Of a stretch of 11,856 nt of DNA, positions 5,952 to 11,856 are shown in pieces. The first letter of the stretch is position 1. The number at the start of each line of letters is the position of its first letter. Made by a program: the position numbers and the translations under genes. Location: the NCBI GenBank assembly GCA_964388265.1, contig CAYLXZ010000025.1, positions 1 through 11,856 of the forward strand, read 5' to 3'. Origin of the DNA: Candidatus Micrarchaeota archaeon. GTDB taxonomy: Archaea; B1Sed10-29. Below the pieces are notes generated by a model, which worked only from the letters and a program-made list of their open reading frames with translations, did not search any database and was not told the DNA's origin.

Positions 5952-8900
5952 TTAGAAGTCTCCTAGTGATCTTTGTTGTGTGTTTTTGGATTCAAATATT
6001 TGGCTTAGATCTTTCTCTATTAACTTCAATCTCTGTTTTAAATAGTTTGAAAGATTGTATTCTTCCGCTATTTCTCTGGAGATATTTAGGTATTTCTCTA
6101 TGCCTTTTTCATGTACTGTTAATAGTATTTTTCCTCCGCATTCAGTGCATTTTCCTATTAATGGAACTCTTCGGTATTTTGTGTTGCAGTCCACGCATCT
6201 GAATGTCTGTTGTCCGAATGCTCTTAGGTTTCCGTATATATCTTTCATGAAATGGAAGTTAATTAATCGGGTAGCCATGTCTTTCTCGTCTACTGCTCTT
6301 GTTTTTTCACCTAGCTTCATCTGTTTATCCACTTTGTCCTCCATGGATTTTAGTTGGGTGTAACTTGATCTTTGTGGTCCGGCATCGAATTTACTGGTGT
6401 CGTGGGTGAATTTGAATCCTGAGAATTCTCCTTTAGTGTCTAGTCTGTCTTCTACATTTTCTACGTTTACGTCTCTTGGGTTCTTCATTTTTTGAGTTGC
6501 TTCGTAGAAGCTTAATGGGTATTTCTCCACTGTTTCCATTGCGTGAACCTCGTCGTCTATTTCACCTGGATCTATCCGTGTTGACACTACTAGTGGCTCA
6601 TCCTCCATTGCACCTGGCCTATCTGGAAGATACTTCTCTGAGAAGTTCAGCAAGGTATCTAGAAGAATCATGAGGCCATCCTCGTCACCATCACAGTTCC
6701 TTCTTTTAGCACAGTGGAAATATGGGTGTGCGTAACCTGCTTTCACATCGCTGAAACCTATTACTCGGGATAAAACTCCAGCTGATGTGTGTGGAGCCAG
6801 GCCGATTGTCAGAACTCCTACTAGATCTTCTTTTTTCTCTATGTTGTAGTATGGGTCTAGGTCGTAGTATTTTTCCAGTAATTCGTCTATGAAGTTAGCT
6901 GAGTCTGTTATGTGTTTCACGGCTTTCTCGGGTAGGAGTATGTCGTTTGGTTTTAGTTCTAGTATTTGTTCTTTGTCTCTTAGTTTGTTTCCTTTGTAGT
7001 CTCTTTTGTATCCTAGTTCTTTTAGTTTCTTGACGCTGGTACCTATTTCTCTTGGTCTGAAGTGGGTTAATGGAAGGTCTACGGCGTCGAATCTAATGGT
7101 TCCGTCCATGAAGACTGATACGTCGTGTTTTGCTCTTAGTAGGGTTTTTTCTAGTGGTTCGAACAGGTGATCTGGGTTCGTGGTTCCTTTTACTCCTTTT
7201 ACTTTGTCTGGGATTGTTTTCTGTTGGTTTGAGGTTTTCTTTATGGTGTTTTTTCTCTCTTCTGTTTCTTCTTTTAGGTTTTCTTTAGCTCTTTCTAGTT
7301 CTTTCTTCATGTTCAGTGTTTTTTCGTGGTATGTATTGGTTCGGGATCCGCAGCTTTCGCATTTTTCTCCTTTTTTCTGTGTTCTTCCGCATTTTGTACA
7401 TGTTCTCATTAGTTCTGCTCTTTCTCCACAGTCTGGGCACCTGTAGCTGAATAGTTCTTTCCCGCATTCTGGGCAGGTTAGTCTTGCTTTTTCTATTTGT
7501 GCTGTTTTTTGTTCTGCTGCTTTGGTTACGAGTCTTTGTTTTCCTCCTTCTTCTCCTACTGGTGTTAGTCCGTGTACTTCTGGTGACATTTTTCTTGGTT
7601 TTGCTTTTTCTGGTCTTCCCATTCTGGTTCCTACGTATACTGGGGCTTTTTGTTTGATTTCAAGATCACTTAGTTTATTTATTAGCTCTATTGAGTTTTT
7701 GCTTTCTTCTAGGAGTTTATCTATATCTAGGTCTTTTCTTAATCCAAGTGTTTCTATCAATGCTTCTCCATGTTCGATTTTTATATTGTTTCCATCTACC
7801 TTGTGGGGTATGCAGGTTTCTTCTAGTATTCTTTTCTTATCTTGGTTATCTATAGTTAGTTCGATTACTTTGTCTCCTTTTAGGGATTCGTATTCTCCGA
7901 ATTCTCCGTGTTCCTTTAGCCATTTCCATAGTTTGGCTATTTTTTCTTTTTCCACGTCTCCGTAGTGGTAGGTGTATTTTGGATGTAGTGGTATGTTCTT
8001 CTCTTTTGAGAGTTGTATTGCTTTTTTCTCCGATACTTGATATGGGTCTTCTATTTCTTCTCCTTCTTTTTCAGCTATTTGAATCCACCATTCTTCGCAT
8101 ATGCCTGATGGAACTAGTTTATGGTTTTCGTCAAGGAAATCTCCGTAGGTTGCTAGTATGTCACCTAGGAATAGAATTTCTTCTACTTCTGAGTTTATTT
8201 CTTTTGCTTCTTCTATTGAATCTATTTTTTTGACGGTTCCGTTTTTTAGTTTCACTATTGGTGGTTCTACTTCGTCGCATGTTGTTAGTCCCATGGCTTT
8301 TCCTGGTCTCTCGGTTTTTATTTGGGTTCCGTGTGCTGGGAATTCTTCTAGGATTTCGGTTGCTGCTGGGTGAACGCTTTGGGCTGCTATTCCGTTGTTT
8401 CTGCTTTTTCCGTATCTTAATCGGAATCCTCCTTTTTCCATTGGGTAGGAGAATACTGGTCTTCCTCCTACTACGTTTGATAGGAATTTTTCGTTTGGTT
8501 CTAGGGTTTCTTCTTGTTCTTGTTCTTCTTCTTCTCCTAGGTCTTCTTTGTTTACTTTTATGAGTTCTTCTAGCCATTCCCATTCTATGTCGTGTTTTTG
8601 GGTGGTTTTGAGTACTTTTTTCTTTTTTTGCGCTACTCCTTCGGCTAGTACTAGGCACATTCCTCCTCTTAGTCGGTTCGTTTCTATTCTGTCTAGGTTT
8701 TTGTGCACGTCTACCTCTTGTTGTTCGGTTGGAACTCCTCCTATGCATATTGGGCATTTTTTAACTATCTTCTTTACTTCTTTTTCTGGTGGATGGTACT
8801 GTAGTCTTGCTATTAGTTCGTGGTACATCTCTACTTCTTCTGCGTATCTTTCTGCTTCTTTGTCCGTTGCTTGGTATGGGCCTACTCCGAGCATCTTCCT

Positions 8901-9371
8901 GGCGTAGTCGCAGAATATAACGGCTTTTGCTTCTGCTGTTCCTCCTGCTGCTCTTATTGGTCCTGCGAAGAACACTTCCAGGTAGCTTGAGTTTCCTTCG
9001 TTTTTTATCTTGAATTCGCTTATTCCGTCTGTGCATGATACTGTTACTCCTTCTGTTTCTATTGCTAGTGCTGTTCTCACGGCTTGTGATATCTTTTCTT
9101 CTTTCGAGCCTTTTTCTCCGTATTTTCCTTTGACTATGTCTTCTATGACTTGGAACTCGATTTCTTCTCTTGATTTGTCTTTTTCTTGTAGTTCTCTTAT
9201 TCTTTCAGCTACTTTTTCTGGTCCGGTTATTCCTTCTACTCTTGCAGCCATGTCTTTTGCTGGTGGTGTTTCTACTTCTTTCTTCGGGTCTTTTCCTTTT
9301 TCTCTTGCTTTCCTGGCTACTTCATAGGCTTTTTCAGCTTCTTTTTCCAGTTCCTTGAAGTAGTTCTCCAT
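5952..9371 (-). CDS. polC: DNA polymerase D large (catalytic) subunit DP2
   Basis: 1139 aa. N-terminal ARKAREKGKDP...AKDMAARVEG, FAGPIRAAGGT, GGFRLRYG, GTRMGRPEKAK, Cys clusters CPECG...CPDCG and CTKCG...CESCG, LAPHTSAG, catalytic AKRRNCDGDED (CDGDED at 6678-6695), C-terminal Zn finger CVDC...KYRR.PL.GKCTECGG, and terminal QRSLGDF. Confidence 0.98.
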   Translation of the reverse strand: MENYFKELEKEAEKAYEVARKAREKGKDPKKEVETPPAKDMAARVEGITGPEKVAERIRELQEKDKSREEIEFQVIEDIVKGKYGEKGSKEEKISQAVRTALAIETEGVTVSCTDGISEFKIKNEGNSSYLEVFFAGPIRAAGGTAEAKAVIFCDYARKMLGVGPYQATDKEAERYAEEVEMYHELIARLQYHPPEKEVKKIVKKCPICIGGVPTEQQEVDVHKNLDRIETNRLRGGMCLVLAEGVAQKKKKVLKTTQKHDIEWEWLEELIKVNKEDLGEEEEQEQEETLEPNEKFLSNVVGGRPVFSYPMEKGGFRLRYGKSRNNGIAAQSVHPAATEILEEFPAHGTQIKTERPGKAMGLTTCDEVEPPIVKLKNGTVKKIDSIEEAKEINSEVEEILFLGDILATYGDFLDENHKLVPSGICEEWWIQIAEKEGEEIEDPYQVSEKKAIQLSKEKNIPLHPKYTYHYGDVEKEKIAKLWKWLKEHGEFGEYESLKGDKVIELTIDNQDKKRILEETCIPHKVDGNNIKIEHGEALIETLGLRKDLDIDKLLEESKNSIELINKLSDLEIKQKAPVYVGTRMGRPEKAKPRKMSPEVHGLTPVGEEGGKQRLVTKAAEQKTAQIEKARLTCPECGKELFSYRCPDCGERAELMRTCTKCGRTQKKGEKCESCGSRTNTYHEKTLNMKKELERAKENLKEETEERKNTIKKTSNQQKTIPDKVKGVKGTTNPDHLFEPLEKTLLRAKHDVSVFMDGTIRFDAVDLPLTHFRPREIGTSVKKLKELGYKRDYKGNKLRDKEQILELKPNDILLPEKAVKHITDSANFIDELLEKYYDLDPYYNIEKKEDLVGVLTIGLAPHTSAGVLSRVIGFSDVKAGYAHPYFHCAKRRNCDGDEDGLMILLDTLLNFSEKYLPDRPGAMEDEPLVVSTRIDPGEIDDEVHAMETVEKYPLSFYEATQKMKNPRDVNVENVEDRLDTKGEFSGFKFTHDTSKFDAGPQRSSYTQLKSMEDKVDKQMKLGEKTRAVDEKDMATRLINFHFMKDIYGNLRAFGQQTFRCVDCNTKYRRVPLIGKCTECGGKILLTVHEKGIEKYLNISREIAEEYNLSNYLKQRLKLIEKDLSQIFESKNTQQRSLGDF

Positions 9372-9379
9372 TTTTATCC

Positions 9380-10864
9380 TTATTCAAGTCCTTTGTCGAA
9401 TCTTAGGACGTTTATTTTTCCTTTCTTGGTCTCTATGACGGGTAGTTTCCCGGGTGTTGGGGTGTGTCCTAGTTTTTTTTGGTAGGGTGTGGTTTTTTGC
9501 CAGGTTCCGGAGTTCACGCAGATTGTGCCTTTGTATTTGGTGTAGTCGTTTCTGTGTATGTGTCCTGTGTGGTATATGTCTGGTACTTCTTCTATGACTA
9601 GGTGATCTTCTCTTTCTGGTGTTATTGGTTTTTCCCCGTAGATTGGGTGTACGTGCCTGCATTTTAGGGTTTTCTCCATGATTTCCTTGACTTTCTCGTG
9701 GTTTGCTTTTGGCATTTGTGCTATGATGTCGTCGAAGGATGTTCCATGGTACATCAGTGTCTTTAATCCATGTAGTTTGAATGTGGAGGGGCTTCCTACT
9801 AGTGTCACATTGTCTAGTTCGCTTATTCTTCCTGCTATCACTGGATCTAGTTTTGGCTGTGGGTCTGCTTTGTTCGCTGCGTCGTGGTTTCCTGTTCCTA
9901 TTATTATCTCTATGTGGCTTGGTATCTGTTCTAGGTATTCGCCTATTTTCTTGTATTGGCCGTATATGTCGGTTATTTCGAGTTCTTGCTCTTGATCTGG
10001 GTATACTCCTACTCCTTCTGCTAGGTCTCCTGCTATTGTGATGTATTTGACTTTTTCAGCTAGTTCTTTCTGTTTTTTGTTTCCTTTCTTTCCTTTTAGC
10101 CATTCTATGAAGCTTTTAAAATTTTTTTCTAGGAAGTGTTTGCTTCCTAGGTGTATGTCTGATGTTGTTACTATTGCTAGGTCTTCTTCCGTGGTTTCTA
10201 CTTCTTTTATTGGTGTGTCTGGGTAGTGGACGTCGTTCACTATGAATAGGTCGTTGTTGCTCATTTTTCCGTCGAGTGCTATTACTTCGTCGTCTATTAT
10301 GTTCTCCATTTTTCTCTTTGTTTCTTTGTTTCCGGATGGGATTAGTGCTTTCATTATTCCTGTTGGGTCCTCTATTTTCATGAAGATGTGGTTGTTTTTT
10401 GTTGTTTTTTCTTCGGCTAGTAGGCCTATTACTTTGACGTTTTCGTTTTTCTTGTCTTTTACGTTCTCTATTTGGATTGCTGAGTTTTCTCCTCGGTCTT
10501 TCAGTATGTTATGTATCTTGTGGTATCTGCTTTTGAAGTTTTCTACGAAGTCTTTGACTTTTCCGGTTGATTCTGATTGTTTTGTTAGGTCTTTGTCTAG
10601 TATGTCTATTTTTGCTTCGTGTTCTTTGGCTAGTGGTGTGTAGAGGCTTCCTTGGATCTCGACTTCTTTTTCTTGATCTAGAAGTTCGTCTATGTCTTCT
10701 GCTTCTATGAATCCTTCTGAGAAATCTGAATCTTTTAATCTTTCAATTATTGAATCTAGGACTGTGTTGTGGTCTTCTAGTTCTTTTATTCTGTCTATTG
10801 CTCCACTTGAGACTAGGTAACCGTTTTCCTGTATTTTATTTATGGCTTGATCTATTTTCTCCAT
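9380..10864 (-). CDS. polB: DNA polymerase D small subunit DP1 (3'-5' proofreading exonuclease)
   Basis: 494 aa. OB-fold region (VIGLL...TTKNNH...IEDPTG) and calcineurin-like phosphoesterase motifs SDIHLGS, AGDLAEGVGVYP, GNHD, YHG, TGHIH, NSGTWQ..T.YQ. The stop is 8 nt before the DP2 ATG (TAAGGATAAAAATG), consistent with an operon. Confidence 0.97.
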   Translation of the reverse strand: MEKIDQAINKIQENGYLVSSGAIDRIKELEDHNTVLDSIIERLKDSDFSEGFIEAEDIDELLDQEKEVEIQGSLYTPLAKEHEAKIDILDKDLTKQSESTGKVKDFVENFKSRYHKIHNILKDRGENSAIQIENVKDKKNENVKVIGLLAEEKTTKNNHIFMKIEDPTGIMKALIPSGNKETKRKMENIIDDEVIALDGKMSNNDLFIVNDVHYPDTPIKEVETTEEDLAIVTTSDIHLGSKHFLEKNFKSFIEWLKGKKGNKKQKELAEKVKYITIAGDLAEGVGVYPDQEQELEITDIYGQYKKIGEYLEQIPSHIEIIIGTGNHDAANKADPQPKLDPVIAGRISELDNVTLVGSPSTFKLHGLKTLMYHGTSFDDIIAQMPKANHEKVKEIMEKTLKCRHVHPIYGEKPITPEREDHLVIEEVPDIYHTGHIHRNDYTKYKGTICVNSGTWQKTTPYQKKLGHTPTPGKLPVIETKKGKINVLRFDKGLE

Positions 10865-10874
10865 TTTTAAACCT

Positions 10875-10949
10875 TTATAGACCTGTAGAACTCTTGATAT
10901 CTTGCATTTTCTTTAGTTCGTTCTGGAATAAAACTCTTTCTTTACTCAT
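10875..10949 (-). CDS. Candidate 24-aa small ORF directly upstream of DP1 (MSKERVLFQNELKKMQDIKSSTGL)
   Basis: ATG at 10949, TAA at 10877-10875, followed by AGGTTTAAAA and the DP1 ATG. Below the ORF-track size limit and could be a chance ORF. Confidence 0.25.
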   Translation of the reverse strand: MSKERVLFQNELKKMQDIKSSTGL

Positions 10950-10963
10950 AATAACTTATGTAT

Positions 10964-10971
10964 TTTTTAAA
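10964..10971 (+). promoter_or_regulatory. Putative TATA box for the AMMECR1-family gene (possibly bidirectional with DP1)
   Basis: TTTTTAAA lies 23-30 nt upstream of ATG 10994, and no SD precedes that ATG (leaderless spacing). TTTAAA is palindromic, so it also reads as a TATA box towards DP1. Confidence 0.5.
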
Positions 10972-10993
10972 TCTCGAGTAACTTAACCAATAC

Positions 10994-11566
10994 ATGGAGC
11001 ACTCAGGTAGATTAACAGAGGAACAACAAGAAGAGGTCCTCCAATACGCTAGAAAGAATATAGAGAGTTTTGTTCGGGATCGAGAGAAGATAGATATAGA
11101 TAACTCAGATTATCTGGATCAGGAGAGAGGCTTATTCGTAACTATAAAGACTAAAGACGGTAAACTAAGAGGATGTATTGGCAGGCCTTATCCAAACCAA
11201 ACTCTAAAAGAAGCCTTGGTTGATGCTTCGGCTTCAGCTACTCGAGACCCGCGTTTTCCTCCTTTATCTCAAGAAGAACTGGATGATATAGAGATTGAAG
11301 TAACAGTGCTCACCGAGCCGGAAGAAATCGAAGTTAACTCTCTCGAGCAGGCTAGGGGGAAGATAGAGATCGGTAAACACGGTTTGATAATCAAGGGAAA
11401 CCGTTCTTCAGGTCTTCTCTTACCTCAGGTTCCTGTGGATAATGATATGAACTTAAGAGAGTTTCTAGATCACACTTGCAGGAAGGCTGGCCTCCCACCT
11501 GGTTCATGGAAGAAGGAAGATGTAGATGTATTGAAGTTCCAGGGACAGGTATTCACCGAAGATTAG
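10994..11566 (+). CDS. AMMECR1 domain protein (TIGR00296 / AmmeMemoRadiSam protein A family)
   Basis: 190 aa with family signatures RGLFVTI, LRGCIG, ATRDPRFPPL...EL..IEIEVTVLT.P, G.HGLII, GLLLPQVP, FL...CRKAGLP..W. Confidence 0.95.
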   Translation: MEHSGRLTEEQQEEVLQYARKNIESFVRDREKIDIDNSDYLDQERGLFVTIKTKDGKLRGCIGRPYPNQTLKEALVDASASATRDPRFPPLSQEELDDIEIEVTVLTEPEEIEVNSLEQARGKIEIGKHGLIIKGNRSSGLLLPQVPVDNDMNLREFLDHTCRKAGLPPGSWKKEDVDVLKFQGQVFTED

Positions 11567-11574
11567 GACAAGCA

Positions 11575-11582
11575 TTTAAATA
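11575..11582 (+). promoter_or_regulatory. Putative TATA box for the final ORF
   Basis: TTTAAATA begins 26 nt before ATG 11601 and 29 nt before ATG 11604. No SD present. Confidence 0.55.
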
Positions 11583-11600
11583 CAGAGTTATTATTATGAG

Positions 11601-11856
11601 ATGATGAAGATGAATTCCACCACCCAGAGAAAAACCGGAAGAATTCCATATATCTATATAGCGGTTCTGGTTCTAGGGCTAGTGATGATGGCTGGAGTTG
11701 GCTTTTCAACCGCATGGGAACTAGAGAACGCAACATACACAGGAACAAACATACCAACCCAAGATAGTTCTCCTACTGGTTTGTCTTGGAGTGGTGATGG
11801 CTCCAAACTATACGAAATAGGATATGGTGGTGATGCGTTTTATGAGTATGATTGTA
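11601..11856 (+). CDS. Secreted protein with beta-propeller-type repeat, N-terminal part (3'-truncated by window edge)
   Basis: Not in the ORF track. My translation: MMKMNSTTQRKTGRIPYIYIAVLVLGLVMMAGVGFSTAWELENATYTGTNIPTQDSSPTGLSWSGDGSKLYEIGYGGDAFYEYDC, open to the edge. A basic n-region and hydrophobic h-region indicate a signal peptide. PTGLSWSGDGSKLY is a typical propeller-blade motif. The start could be 11601, 11604 or 11610. Confidence 0.85.
   Translation, partial: MMKMNSTTQRKTGRIPYIYIAVLVLGLVMMAGVGFSTAWELENATYTGTNIPTQDSSPTGLSWSGDGSKLYEIGYGGDAFYEYDC

Noticed and set aside
6678..6710. Intein in DP2 at the usual KRRN/CDGDED site
   Set aside because: The sequence is contiguous AKRRNCDGDED and the protein length (1139 aa) is normal. 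No intein is evident in Cdc6 or Hel308 either.
8508..8536. TTC/TTG microsatellite-like tract
   Set aside because: Encodes the acidic linker EEEEQEQEE between DP2 domains. Low-complexity coding sequence, not a repeat element.
8161..8757. 198-aa Arg/Lys-rich alternative-frame ORF inside DP2 (also 1632-1994, 7285-7467, 8761-9036, 9384-9662)
   Set aside because: Shadow frames of genes dominated by A-rich, A-ending codons, which give R/K/N/T-rich stop-poor frames. No independent coding signals.
10916..10928. Mini-ORB-like TTCCAGAACGAAC on the minus strand upstream of DP1
   Set aside because: Spacing is one base off, the match is poor, there is no G-string, and it is a single copy.
1..11856. tRNA, rRNA, CRISPR array, transposase/integrase or defence system
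   Set aside because: All intergenic gaps are 129 bp or shorter and AT-rich, with no cloverleaf, repeat-spacer pattern or terminal inverted repeats. No ORF carries mobile-element or defence motifs.

Overview
Gene-dense, AT-rich archaeal window built around a DNA replication and cell division core. In order: a 5'-truncated, heavily N-glycosylatable surface protein with a C-terminal anchor (+); a 68-aa two-TM protein (-); Hel308/Hjm helicase (+), convergent with Orc1/Cdc6 (-); SepF (+), divergent from cdc6 across a 100-bp spacer; an unknown tail-anchored 266-aa protein (+); DNA polymerase D large (DP2) and small (DP1) subunits (-, operon, no intein); an AMMECR1/TIGR00296 protein (+); and the start of a secreted beta-propeller-repeat protein (+) that runs off the right edge and is missing from the ORF track. 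PolD plus SepF points to an FtsZ-dividing archaeon. The surface-protein domain styles suggest a DPANN-type lineage, but that is inference only. No tRNA, rRNA, CRISPR, IS element or convincing ORB-type origin was seen. The best candidate for an undescribed system is the sepF plus tail-anchored-protein pair inserted between cdc6 and polD, which shares a palindrome-containing divergent promoter with cdc6. Secondary leads are a Hel308 with DEIQ/QRAGRAGR motifs, a 24-codon ORF just ahead of DP1, and kb-scale strand-composition domains that ignore gene orientation.
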